A DNA stretch of 64,000 nucleotides from an uncultured bacterium (GCA_946548895.1 CAMNQF010000005.1:10595-74594); one strand, 5' to 3'. Shown: positions 14,712 to 23,788, counted from the first letter of the stretch. The notes: generated from the sequence alone by a model not told the origin. A program made the numbers and translations.

Positions 14712-16700
14712 ATGCAAACATCCAGCTATCTTGGGACGGAAAAGATCGGAAAACTGCTGCTGAAATTTGCGGTCCCCTGCATCTTTTCCCTCATCATCTC
14801 CTGCCTGTATAACATTGTGGATCAGATTTTTGTGGGCAACGGCGTGGGCTACCTGGGCAACGCCGCCACCGGGGTGATCTTCCCCATCACGGTGATCGGC
14901 TGGGGCGTGTCGCTGTTCTTCGGCGACGGCGCGGCGGCCTCCCTCAGCGTATCCCTGGGAAAAAATGAGACGGAAAACATCCATCGCATTGTGGGCAACA
15001 GCATCCTGTTTTCCTTTCTCGGAGGCCTGGTCATCATTCTTATCAGCTACGGCTGCGGGGACGGCCTTCTGCGGCTCATCGGGGCCACGGACGCCAACCT
15101 TTCCCTGGCCCACGACTACGGCTTCATCATCTACGCCATGATGCCCCTGGCCCTGGTACAGAATACCCTGGCCTCCATCATCCGGGCGGACGGCAGCCCC
15201 AAGTACGCCATGGGCGCCATGCTGGTGGGGGCGGTGCTGAATATCATCGGCGACCCGGTGGCCATCTTCCTGCTGGATATGGGCATCCAAGGCGCGGCAT
15301 ACGCCACCATCCTGGGGCAGTTTGTGAGCTTCCTGATCTGCGCGGCCTATCTCGCCAGGAGCAAAACCTTCCGAATTTCCCCGGCCAGCTTCCGCCCGGA
15401 CTTCAAGCTGCTGAAGCAGGTCATGGCCTTGGGGGCGTCCAGCTTCCTCACGCAGCTGTCCATCGTGGTAATCACCATCGTGAACAACATCCTGCTGGTG
15501 AAGTACGGTGCGCTGTCTCCCTATGGCGAGGACATCCCCCTGGCCGCCTTCGTGGTCATTATGAAGCTGTTTCAGATTGTGCTGAACATCGCCATCGGTA
15601 TCGCCGCGGGGGCCCAGCCCATCGTGGGCTACAACTACGGGGCGAAAAAGTTGAGCCGGGTGCGGGAGCTGCTGAAGCTGATGATCGAATGGACCGTGAT
15701 TATCTGCCTGATCTGCACGGTCCTGTTTCAGGCGTTTCCCCAGGCGTTTATCCGAATGTTTGGCGCGGCGGGCACACAGGGGGCGGCCGCCATGGATCCC
15801 GAGCTATATCTCCAGTTCGCGGTGCCCTGCCTGCGGATCTATCTGTCCCTGATCCTGTTCACCTGTGTCCAAAAGGTATGCGCCATCTTCCTGCAGTCCA
15901 TCGGCCACGCCAAGGCGGCGGTGCCGCTGTCCTTCCTGCGTGATGTGCTGCTGATTGTGTTCTCTGTGATCGTCCCGGTATTCGCCGGCGTCACCGGCAT
16001 TTTCTGGGGCGCGCCCATTGCCGATGTTCTGGCTATTGCGGTAACGGCGGTTGTGATGCTGCGGCTCTGGAATCAATTGAAAGCAGAGGATGGGCAATCT
16101 GCGGAAAATCGATCCGTTCTTCAAAAGTCCCGTCCCGGCGTCATCATCACCATTGCCAGGGAACACGGCACCGCTGGGAAGCGGATTGGCCAGCTGGTGG
16201 CCGAAAAGCTGGGCATTCCCTGCTACTATAAGGAGATGACCGCGTTAGCAGCCCAGGAGAGCGGGCTTGCCAAGGAGTTTATTTCCGGCATTAACTCCGA
16301 CGAAAACGCCGTCATGCGGGAACTGTACCTCAGCACCAGCGCCGTCCAGCAGGCGGTGATCGCCCAGGACAAAGCCATCAACATGATCGCCGATTCTGGC
16401 TCCTGCGTCATCGTGGGCCGGGCGGCGGACTACGTCCTGCGGGACCGGGAAAATGTGGTGCGTATCTTCATCCATGCGCCGAAAGAGTATCGTGTGAAAA
16501 AGGTGATGGAGATGTACGGCGATACAGAACAGGAGGGCAGAAAGAGCGTTGCCCGGTCCGACGCCGCCAGGGGATCCTACTACAAGAGCATTTCCGGCCA
16601 TACCTGGGGTGATCCGCATCAATATGAGCTGAGTGTGGACAGCTCCATCGGATCGGAGAAAACGGCGGAACTGATTTGCGGCTACATCAGCCATCTGTGA
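14712..16700 (+). CDS. MATE efflux transporter fused to a C-terminal cytidylate-kinase-like (P-loop) domain
   Basis: The N-terminal roughly 450 aa are paralogous to the 13092 gene (KIGKLLLKFAVPCIFSLIISCLYNIVDQIFV). The C-terminal roughly 200 aa read VIITIAREHGTAGKRIGQLVAEKLGIPCYYKEM...CVIVGRAADYVL...VRIFIHAPKEYRVKKVM, the pattern of the cytidylate kinase-like family. The frame is continuous with no stop. Confidence 0.8.
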   Translation: MQTSSYLGTEKIGKLLLKFAVPCIFSLIISCLYNIVDQIFVGNGVGYLGNAATGVIFPITVIGWGVSLFFGDGAAASLSVSLGKNETENIHRIVGNSILFSFLGGLVIILISYGCGDGLLRLIGATDANLSLAHDYGFIIYAMMPLALVQNTLASIIRADGSPKYAMGAMLVGAVLNIIGDPVAIFLLDMGIQGAAYATILGQFVSFLICAAYLARSKTFRISPASFRPDFKLLKQVMALGASSFLTQLSIVVITIVNNILLVKYGALSPYGEDIPLAAFVVIMKLFQIVLNIAIGIAAGAQPIVGYNYGAKKLSRVRELLKLMIEWTVIICLICTVLFQAFPQAFIRMFGAAGTQGAAAMDPELYLQFAVPCLRIYLSLILFTCVQKVCAIFLQSIGHAKAAVPLSFLRDVLLIVFSVIVPVFAGVTGIFWGAPIADVLAIAVTAVVMLRLWNQLKAEDGQSAENRSVLQKSRPGVIITIAREHGTAGKRIGQLVAEKLGIPCYYKEMTALAAQESGLAKEFISGINSDENAVMRELYLSTSAVQQAVIAQDKAINMIADSGSCVIVGRAADYVLRDRENVVRIFIHAPKEYRVKKVMEMYGDTEQEGRKSVARSDAARGSYYKSISGHTWGDPHQYELSVDSSIGSEKTAELICGYISHL

Positions 16701-16709
16701 GCAGAAAAA

Positions 16710-16740
16710 ACGGCAGGGAGTCACGCAGACTCCCTGCCGT
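16710..16740. terminator. bidirectional intrinsic terminator
   Basis: AAAAAACGGCAGGGAGTC pairs with GACTCCCTGCCGT as a 13-bp stem, located between convergent genes. Confidence 0.7.
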
Positions 16741-16758
16741 AACATGATGCCGCTCTAT

Positions 16759-17271
16759 TCAAGCGGTAGCCTTACGCTCCGTGCCCGCGTACAGGCGTTC
16801 CCGAATCAAATCCGGCGTGGTATCCAATACAACGGCAAATTCTTCACAGATCATTTTTTCCGCCAGCTTCAGGTATTTGGAGTCCACCTGCCCCAGCCGT
16901 TTCTTTTGCCGGGCCATTTCCCTCTGCCTGACATGGATCTCCTTGATTAAAAGCAGGCAATCCTCCACCTTGCGGGAAGCAAGCATACTTTGGTAATGGG
17001 CGGTCAGTTCCATTGTTTTGCCAAAACGGAATACATGGGGTTCCAGCCGGGAAAACAGCTCCAGATAATGAGACGCTTCGCCGCTGCTGATGAGAGGGCG
17101 CATGGACGGAATTGTGTCCACTGGCGTATAGATAATCTCATCACTGTTGGAAAATACGGCGCACAGCTTATAATAATCGCCGGTGGTTCCCCGAACCGGC
17201 GGCGCCCCCACGCTTTCGACCTCGTAAACGCCCCTCTTGTCATACAGAACCAGCGCTCCAACTTCATACAT
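16759..17271 (-). CDS. CarD/CdnL-family transcriptional regulator
   Basis: 170 aa. MYEVGALVLYDKRGVYEVESVG...GDYYKLCAVFSNSDEIIYTPVD matches the CarD_CdnL_TRCF N-terminal Tudor-like pattern. Confidence 0.8.
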   Translation of the reverse strand: MYEVGALVLYDKRGVYEVESVGAPPVRGTTGDYYKLCAVFSNSDEIIYTPVDTIPSMRPLISSGEASHYLELFSRLEPHVFRFGKTMELTAHYQSMLASRKVEDCLLLIKEIHVRQREMARQKKRLGQVDSKYLKLAEKMICEEFAVVLDTTPDLIRERLYAGTERKATA

Positions 17272-17276
17272 AGCGT

Positions 17277-17516
17277 TCAGTCCAGGTAGTCGCCCACAGG
17301 CTGGGTATTATTCTGTTTCTTGATTTTGATGATAAGGGAGCCGTCAGGCTGTTCGGCTTCTTCTATGACTTTGTACTGCGTCCTATGCCGGTCCATCTGA
17401 ATTTTGTAGGATTTGTATTCCTGCCGGACCTGCTGCTTGGCCAGTTCCGGGGAAATTCCATCCTTCAGTTGAAAGTGAATCGTCTGCTCCAGGCAGGCCG
17501 CTTTGATGCGCTTCAT
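17277..17516 (-). CDS. hypothetical small protein, co-oriented with the CarD-like gene
   Basis: 79-aa ORF ending 5 nt before the CarD-like start. I recognise no family. Confidence 0.55.
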   Translation of the reverse strand: MKRIKAACLEQTIHFQLKDGISPELAKQQVRQEYKSYKIQMDRHRTQYKVIEEAEQPDGSLIIKIKKQNNTQPVGDYLD

Positions 17517-17635
17517 AATAAATGGCCCTCCATTTCTTTATGTAGAATCATTTTACTATGAATTTGCACATTTTTCAAAGGGCTTTATTCACAAAATTGT
17601 GCGTTCCGCACATAGGGCATTTTGCACAAAGGGAA

Positions 17636-17734
17636 GGCGGCGGCAAGCAATGTGCCGCCGGCATTGAGATGTCCGACGAGTACGCAAGGCTGGCCAGGTT
17701 GCGGATCATGAGCGGGCTGAAGCAGGCGGCGTGA
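17636..17734 (+). pseudogene. 3'-terminal remnant of a DNA methyltransferase gene
   Basis: Own translation: GGGKQCAAGIEMSDEYARLARLRIMSGLKQAA-stop (TGA 17732-17734). This resembles the C-terminal G-x-GIE-x-x-x-EY...A..RI tail of N4/N6 DNA methylases. No upstream catalytic part is present. Confidence 0.45.
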
Positions 17735-17739
17735 CAGTG

Positions 17740-18324
17740 TCAGCGGTCAGGGCCGATCCTCAATTTCTCCCGTAATCCTTTTGTTGACTGGACCTCAACG
17801 GAGCCATACGCCAAATCAAAACACGCCAGTCTCCCGCCGGCGTCAATGTAGACATATTGGTATGAGATCGGGGCTTTGTTCTCATCGCACAACGTCTCCA
17901 GCAGCGGCTCCAGCTCGTAGTCCTCCAGAGTGTGCCGGTCTGAGTAGAGAAACAGATCATAGCGCCCCAGAAACGCGTATCCGGCGTTCAGTTTCCTCAA
18001 TTTCTTGCGGAAAGGTTCAATAAAGCCCGCCGCCGGGAGAGGGTTTATCACAAAGGTCTGCCAGGAATCGTACTCAATGCCGCATTTCGCGCACAACTCC
18101 AGGACGCGGTCCGACGGCGCCTGATACGGCTTGCTCATGGCGATTTCCGTCACAAGCCGCTCAAAGGCTTCGCCGTTTACGGATGTAACCTCAATGCCGG
18201 ACGACCCGTCCGCGGTCTGAAGGTCCGGCCTGTCCCGCAAAAGCAGCGTTCCGTATCGTTCCCCATACAGCGTTTCCAAAACGTATTTCGCGTATATCTC
18301 ATAAGGACTGGTGCGCCTCGTCAT
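17740..18324 (-). CDS. hypothetical protein, possible PD-(D/E)xK nuclease
   Basis: 194-aa ORF in a lower-GC patch. The segment RDRPDLQTADGSSGIEVTS resembles a D...E-x-(K/T) nuclease core. It converges on the methylase remnant. Confidence 0.5.
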   Translation of the reverse strand: MTRRTSPYEIYAKYVLETLYGERYGTLLLRDRPDLQTADGSSGIEVTSVNGEAFERLVTEIAMSKPYQAPSDRVLELCAKCGIEYDSWQTFVINPLPAAGFIEPFRKKLRKLNAGYAFLGRYDLFLYSDRHTLEDYELEPLLETLCDENKAPISYQYVYIDAGGRLACFDLAYGSVEVQSTKGLREKLRIGPDR

Positions 18325-18365
18325 GGAACTCCCCCTTTGATATGATTTTTTCTACTATACCAAAA

Positions 18366-18434
18366 GATATCCGCATTGTACAGAGCGCAAAAGACAAGAT
18401 TGGAAATAACATCAACCAGACCGCAAAAAAACAG
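18366..18434 (+). pseudogene. MobC-like relaxosome protein fragment
   Basis: DIRIVQSAKDKIGNNINQTAKKQ contains the GNN(I/L)NQ(I/T)A motif of MobC mobilisation proteins. Only about 25 codons are recognisable. Confidence 0.4.
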
Positions 18435-18488
18435 GACGCTTCGATTTGCTTTATGATTATGATGCGCTATAATAACAGCTACCCCTGC

Positions 18489-18680
18489 ATGGAGCCGGAA
18501 CTGGTGGAGAACTTCTGGGAGTTCCGCGTTGGAGAGATGGAGAGCCATCCGGCCAGCGATTTTATGGACGCGCCCACCTATCAGAAATGGCTGGCCCAAG
18601 CCCCTGATTTTGGATTCCCGGGCGGTGAGACCTTGATGGAAACACAGCTGCGCGCCTTAGCCGGGATGGACTTTCTGGAG
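18489..18680 (+). pseudogene. histidine phosphatase (PGM/CobC-like) gene fragment
   Basis: EPELVENFWEFRVGEMESHPASDFMDAPTYQKWLAQAPDFGFPGGETLMETQLRALAGMDFL resembles the middle part of the family (DFGEWEG ... P-GES). The N-terminal RHG catalytic motif is absent. Confidence 0.45.
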
Positions 18681-18834
18681 TTTTTCCCCTCCGGCGCGCC
18701 CGGCTCCGGCCAGAGGGCTCTCCTTATTTTCAACCCAATGAAAAATAGACGCTGGTCTAGGGGACGGACTTGAACGAGCCCGTCCCCTCAGCCTGCTGAA
18801 AAGCGGCCTACCTGGGAAAATCCAGACAGGCCGT

Positions 18835-18884
18835 GAAACAGCCGCTCCCCAGCTTTCAACAGAAAGCCGGGGAGCGGCTGTTTC
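18835..18884. terminator. 16-bp perfect hairpin downstream of the GH3 gene
   Basis: GAAACAGCCGCTCCCC (18835-18850) pairs with GGGGAGCGGCTGTTTC (18869-18884). There is no clear U-tract on either strand. Confidence 0.4.
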
Positions 18885-18909
18885 AAGTGCAAAAATAGGA
18901 AGGTATAAC

Positions 18910-21897
18910 CTAAATATTGGACTTTTTGCTCTTTTTAATGGTCCTGACCAGCATGAGAATGGAACCCGCGGCCAGCACGCCAAACACCACGTCGGCGGCC
19001 ACAATGGCGTTCTTCCACCAGGGCCGGATCTCAATGACCTGCATATTGGCGCTGACGCCGTTCATGGCGTTGGAGTTGGCCACCGTGTACAGAATATGCT
19101 TGGCGGCCTCCCGCATGGCCTGGCAGACATTGGGGTCGTCCTTATATTGAAGCAGCTTCTCGGTCCATTTGGAGCCGTCGTTGCAGTCCCAGCCGTCGCC
19201 CCCGGCCATCAGGCCGTTGAGCACGTCCATGTAGTTGTTGTTATTTGAGAAGTCGGTGAGGATGAAGCCGGGCATACCCCATTCCCCTCGAAGAATTCCA
19301 GTGAGCAGATTCTTGTCGCCGCCCGCCCAGACACAGCCCATGCGGTTGAAGCTGGTCATGACGCAGTAGGCCCCGGCCTCCGCCACGGGGTACTCAAAGG
19401 CTTGCAGGTAGATCTCCCGGGCCGCCTGCTCATTGGTCCACACGCAGATGCCGTCCCTGGCCGTCTCCTGATCGTTGAGGGCAAAGTGCTTCATGTATAC
19501 GTACACGCCTTTGGACTGGATGCCGGCCACCTCGGCGGCGCAGGTCTTGCCGGAGATGAAGGGGTCCTCGGAATAATACTCAAAGTTGCGCCCGGAGTAG
19601 GGGGTCCTGTGGATGTTGACGCCGGGGCCGTAGATGCCGGAGTAGGCCTTGCCGTTGGCCAGCAGGCAGTCGTTGCCCATGCTGCGGCCCACCGCCTCCG
19701 CGACGGCCGGGTCAAAGGAGGCGGCCAGCAGGTCCTCCGAGGTGTAGCTGGTGGAGGAGCCGCCGCCGGTGAGGGTGGCGGTGATGCCCTGAGGGCCGTT
19801 TTCGTCCTTGGTGGCGGGCTTGGACACGCTGGACACGGGCACGGTGCTGTGGTAGGTCTGGCCGATGAGCCGGGCCATCTCGTTGAAGGTCACCTGATCC
19901 ATCAGGTCGTCCCAGGTGTAGCTCTGGCCGTTCACCTCGGCGGCCCCGTCCAGGGGGACGCCGATGAACTGGGCCAGGTTGAGAGCGCCCTCCTTGCCCA
20001 TGGCGGGCATGGAGCCGGAGGTGTTCTTCTCGTACAGGGCGTTCATGAGGGCTGCCATCTCGTCGCTGGCGGCGATCTGGGCGGCGGCCTTGTAGCTCTT
20101 GGCGGTGATGTCCGCCTTGGGCATGGTTCCCTGCCAATCGGAGCGGGTGAGGTAGACGATATCGTTGGAGGAATCGCTGTCAAAGCGGTTCAAGTCGGCG
20201 TGGTCCAACTGGTTGACGATGGGAGCGCCGGTGGCGGCGGTGGCAAACACGCCGGTATCCAGGCTGGACACGGTGTATTTCGCGGCCAGGGAGGCGGCCC
20301 CGTCGGCGGTCATGCCGTCGGCGGCGGTGTAGCCCTTGGCGGCAAGGATGTTGTTCAGCGCCTCGTGGACCCCGTTGCCGCAGGCGAAATAGTAGTCTCC
20401 GGCGTCCAGGATATAGGTTCCGGCCCCATTGGCGTCGTAAGCCCGCAGCTCCGTCTTGGGCACGGTGACGGTGACGGAGGCGGTCTCCCCCGGGGCCAGG
20501 CCCACCTTCTGGTATCCCACCAGTTCTACCGCCGCCTTCTCAATGCCGTTCTGCCGGTCGTAGTCGGTGTAGGGGGACTGCATGAAGATCTCCACCACTT
20601 CTTTGCCCTCCACGCTGCCGGAGTTGGTCACATCCACGGTGAACGCCAGCTCATCCCCCTGCTCCGCCATGGACAGCGGGCCGTAGGAAAACTGGGTATA
20701 GCTCAGGCCGTAGCCGAAGGGATAGGCCACCGTGGAGGCATAGTCGTAGTCCCCGGCGTTCCCGGCGCCCATCACCGCGTCCTCATAGCGGGTTTCGTAG
20801 TAGCGGTAGCCCACGTAGATGCCCTCCTGATAGGCCACATAGTACTCGTTGTTGGTCCCGGCAAAGGCGAGGCCCTGGGCGGCGGCGTTGGTGTAGGAGG
20901 TGGCGTGGGCGTTCTGGATGGCGGGGGAGGTCAGGTTGTCGTAGCAGTAGGTGTCCACCAGCTTGCCCGAGGGGTTCACGGTCCCGTTGAGCAGGTCTCC
21001 GATAGTGCGGATGCCGCTCTGACCCACTTCGCCCACCCACAGGCAGGCGTCTACGCCGTAGTCCACGCCGCACACGGAGGGCTCCAGGAAGTCCAGCTCC
21101 ACCGCGTTGGCTACGTTCAGCAGGACGACAATCTTTTTCAAGTCCCCGGCGGACTTCAGCCCGGCCAGCTTGGACAGCAAAGCCCGCTCCTCGCCGGACA
21201 GCTCCAGAATGTTGCCGTCTCCGTCCCCCGCGCCGTACCAGGGCAGATCGGCCCCCTCGCCGCACACCCGGGAGATGACAAAAATGGCCGCGTCGCCGTA
21301 CTCCTTCACGGAATCCCATTCCTTATTGGAATAGGCGCTCAGGGGCGCCTCGTTGACCTTGTACCCGGCGTTGTCGAAGATGTAGTTGTTCAGGCTGCCG
21401 CCAGCCAGGGCGCGGCGGTAGTCCTTGCCCGCCCCCTCGGTGTAGAACGACCACATGGCGGGGTTGACGGAGAAGCCGTCCTCCTCCAGGGCGTCCTTCA
21501 GGCTCTGGGCCTTGGAGGTGTCCATGCCGCCGGAGCCGGTGCCGCCGTAGACGAAGCTGGCGGAGTTAACGCTGGCCAGGGTGATTTTGGAGCCGGAGGC
21601 CAGGGGCAGGGCGTTCTCCCGGTTGAGCAGCAACACGGAGCCGTTGGCCACCACCTGTTCCACCACCTTCTCCGCCTTCTCCACCTGCTGGGCGCTGGTG
21701 AAGTCGGCCTCGAAGTAGGTCTTGCCCGGGTCGCCGACGGTTTTCGTGGCCTCGATGCCCAGCACCATGTTGATGATGGAGGCGTAATTTCCGGCGATGG
21801 GCCCGGCGATCATGGTGAACGCGAACAGGACGGTGAATACGATGGACAGCGCGGTCCAAAGGCCGCGGCCCTTGATCTTAGCCTTTTTTTCCTTCAC
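18910..21897 (-). CDS. glycoside hydrolase family 3 (beta-glucosidase/xylosidase-like), permuted domain order, membrane anchored at both ends
   Basis: 995 aa with a GTG start and AGGAGGAA SD. The N-terminal TM helix is LWTALSIVFTVLFAFTMIAGPIA. Domain order is the GH3 C-terminal domain, then an Fn3-like region (GYGLSYTQFSY), then the catalytic N-terminal domain (NIHRTPYSGRNFEYYSEDP, KHFALNDQE, FILTDF). The C-terminal TM helix is AIVAADVVFGVLAAGSILMLV. Confidence 0.9.
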   Translation of the reverse strand: MKEKKAKIKGRGLWTALSIVFTVLFAFTMIAGPIAGNYASIINMVLGIEATKTVGDPGKTYFEADFTSAQQVEKAEKVVEQVVANGSVLLLNRENALPLASGSKITLASVNSASFVYGGTGSGGMDTSKAQSLKDALEEDGFSVNPAMWSFYTEGAGKDYRRALAGGSLNNYIFDNAGYKVNEAPLSAYSNKEWDSVKEYGDAAIFVISRVCGEGADLPWYGAGDGDGNILELSGEERALLSKLAGLKSAGDLKKIVVLLNVANAVELDFLEPSVCGVDYGVDACLWVGEVGQSGIRTIGDLLNGTVNPSGKLVDTYCYDNLTSPAIQNAHATSYTNAAAQGLAFAGTNNEYYVAYQEGIYVGYRYYETRYEDAVMGAGNAGDYDYASTVAYPFGYGLSYTQFSYGPLSMAEQGDELAFTVDVTNSGSVEGKEVVEIFMQSPYTDYDRQNGIEKAAVELVGYQKVGLAPGETASVTVTVPKTELRAYDANGAGTYILDAGDYYFACGNGVHEALNNILAAKGYTAADGMTADGAASLAAKYTVSSLDTGVFATAATGAPIVNQLDHADLNRFDSDSSNDIVYLTRSDWQGTMPKADITAKSYKAAAQIAASDEMAALMNALYEKNTSGSMPAMGKEGALNLAQFIGVPLDGAAEVNGQSYTWDDLMDQVTFNEMARLIGQTYHSTVPVSSVSKPATKDENGPQGITATLTGGGSSTSYTSEDLLAASFDPAVAEAVGRSMGNDCLLANGKAYSGIYGPGVNIHRTPYSGRNFEYYSEDPFISGKTCAAEVAGIQSKGVYVYMKHFALNDQETARDGICVWTNEQAAREIYLQAFEYPVAEAGAYCVMTSFNRMGCVWAGGDKNLLTGILRGEWGMPGFILTDFSNNNNYMDVLNGLMAGGDGWDCNDGSKWTEKLLQYKDDPNVCQAMREAAKHILYTVANSNAMNGVSANMQVIEIRPWWKNAIVAADVVFGVLAAGSILMLVRTIKKSKKSNI

Positions 21898-21925
21898 AGC
21901 AGGTTCCTCCTCGTAATTTTTAGAA

Positions 21926-21957
21926 AAACGGCTGCCGCCCTTTTGCGGCAGCCGTTT
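21926..21957. terminator. bidirectional intrinsic terminator
   Basis: AAACGGCTGCCGC pairs with GCGGCAGCCGTTT as a 13-bp stem around the loop CCTTTT. It lies between the lipoprotein gene stop and the GH3 start. Confidence 0.7.
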
Positions 21958-21973
21958 CAGGCCGTATCCTGTT

Positions 21974-22582
21974 TTAGCCGGCGCTGGTGAGCAGCTTCAG
22001 CTCGGGCAGCTCAACGATCCGGCAGCCCAGGGAGACGTCCTCGGGATCCAGGGAGGGGTCCTCCACGGTAATGGTGAGGGTCTCGGCGTACTCGGAGAGG
22101 AACGCCTTGCCGTCCATGGCGTTGTTCTCGGGGTCCGCGGCGCTGGTCATGGCCTCGGTCCAGTTGGCGGTGTCCAGCACCATGTGGCCGGCCAGGGCGG
22201 AGCGGCCGTAGCCCTTCTCGTGCTGCTCGAAGTAGATGCGCTCGGCGGGCTGGAGGGTGTAGTCCACATGGGTCTCCCAGCCGTCGGAGCTGGCGGCGGA
22301 GGTGCACTTGCCGGTGTAGATGATGGTGCGCAGGCCCTTGATGCCGGGGTCGGTGGTGCCGAAGATGTGCTCCTGGAAGGTGAGCTCATAGGTGCTGTCG
22401 CTGTTGACCTTCAGGGTGTACACGTCGCTGGCGTACCAGCCGATGCCGTCCAGGTAGCGGGAGGTGCCGCCGGCAAAGGACTTGGACAGGCCGGCGGAGC
22501 CGCCGCCGGAGCAGGCGGTGAGGGTCAGGCAGAAGGTGGCGGCGGCCAGGGCGAGGGCAAGCGCTTTGACAAACTTTTTCAT
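21974..22582 (-). CDS. secreted lipoprotein, function unknown
   Basis: The start is moved to ATG 22582 (GGAGGA SD). MKKFVKALALALAAATFCLTLTACSGG is a signal peptide plus lipobox. Confidence 0.7.
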   Translation of the reverse strand: MKKFVKALALALAAATFCLTLTACSGGGSAGLSKSFAGGTSRYLDGIGWYASDVYTLKVNSDSTYELTFQEHIFGTTDPGIKGLRTIIYTGKCTSAASSDGWETHVDYTLQPAERIYFEQHEKGYGRSALAGHMVLDTANWTEAMTSAADPENNAMDGKAFLSEYAETLTITVEDPSLDPEDVSLGCRIVELPELKLLTSAG

Positions 22583-22705
22583 GATATGTTTCCTCCATTT
22601 CTTTTCTGGTACGCAATGTACCGCTGCGGATGAATTGAGTATAGCGGGCTTCCCCGCCGGGGTAAACGTCACTGACAAAAGCGGTAGGTTTCCTGTCAAA
22701 ACCGG

Positions 22706-23590
22706 TCAGTCGGTGTGGGCCTGAAGGAATTCCACCGTATAGCCGGTGGCCTCCCTGGCCAGCTTGCCCTGGAAGCCGTGCTCGCCGTACTGAATGACCT
22801 TCAGCTCGGCGCTGTCATAGACCTCCACCGCCCGCTCGGAATAGCTCAGGGGTACCAGAGTGTCCTTGTCGCCGTGGCAGATCAGAACGTCGCCCTTGTA
22901 CTTGCCGATCTCCTCATAGATGTCGAAGCTCCGGGCATCCTTGGCATAGATGGCCCCCAGGGGGACGCCCATGGTTTCGAACTCCTCGTCGGGGATGGCG
23001 TCCACCGAGTCATACTGCTCGAAGTAGGCCTCCTGAAGGGGAAACGCGGGGTAGAACAGGATCAGCCCCTTCACATCATCGGGGCGCTGGGCGGCGGTGT
23101 AGGCGGAGACAAAGCCCCCCTGGCTCAGGCCGAACAGGAACAGCTGGCCGCCGTCCACATAGTCCAGCGCCTTCACCTGGTCCATCACGTCGGACAGGTT
23201 CCGATACTCGGTGAGCACGCTCATCTCGGTGGTCACGCCGTCCGATTTGGTGCTGGGGCTGCCGCCGCAGAAGTCGAATATGTACGCGGCATACCCCTGT
23301 TTGGCGAAGGATTCCGCATAGCCCTCATTCAGCACCGACGAGCTGTTGAACCCGTGGCTGAGGATGACGGCGGGATAGCTGTCCTGCTCTCCGCCGGGCA
23401 GGTACATTTTTCCGTAGATCTTCTTTCCCCCGCTCTCCAGCCACAGCTCCTCCACGCGGACGGGCTCCGGCGTGGGGGTGGGGTCAGGCGTGGGGCTGGG
23501 GGTGCCGCCGGTCCCGCCCTGGCCGCACCCGGCCAGCAGGGACAGGGACGCCGCCGCGGCCAGCAGCAGGGCGGTCGCTCTCTTTCTCAT
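22706..23590 (-). CDS. alpha/beta hydrolase (serine esterase) lipoprotein
   Basis: Starts at ATG 23590 with a GGAAGGAGAG SD. MRKRATALLLAAAASLSLLAGCG is the lipobox. It carries a Pro/Thr linker, the nucleophile elbow GLSQGG, and HGDKDTLV plus GEHGF as candidate Asp and His residues. Confidence 0.8.
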   Translation of the reverse strand: MRKRATALLLAAAASLSLLAGCGQGGTGGTPSPTPDPTPTPEPVRVEELWLESGGKKIYGKMYLPGGEQDSYPAVILSHGFNSSSVLNEGYAESFAKQGYAAYIFDFCGGSPSTKSDGVTTEMSVLTEYRNLSDVMDQVKALDYVDGGQLFLFGLSQGGFVSAYTAAQRPDDVKGLILFYPAFPLQEAYFEQYDSVDAIPDEEFETMGVPLGAIYAKDARSFDIYEEIGKYKGDVLICHGDKDTLVPLSYSERAVEVYDSAELKVIQYGEHGFQGKLAREATGYTVEFLQAHTD

Positions 23591-23788
23591 GGTAACGCTC
23601 TCCTTCCGTTTCATTCTATCTGTAGTGTCCGGCACGTGTCTGCCGTTTCTGTGTGTGAGCATATCCGATCCCCTCCGCGTTGTAAACGGCAATCACAAAA
23701 CAGGCGCATTCTGCATCAAAACCGGCCGCCACGGCGCGAAAAAAGCGGCCCCCGGCGGGGGCCGCTTCCCAATCTGCAAGGTTCCGGC

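Noticed and set aside
18751-18790. A tRNA 3'-end remnant or att site (minus strand reads GTTCAAGTCCGTCCCCTAGACCA)
   Set aside because: The TTCAAGT string is not flanked by a proper 5-bp T stem. It sits in the 12-nt loop of a GGGGACGG/CCGTCCCC hairpin. No matching direct repeat was found elsewhere in the window.
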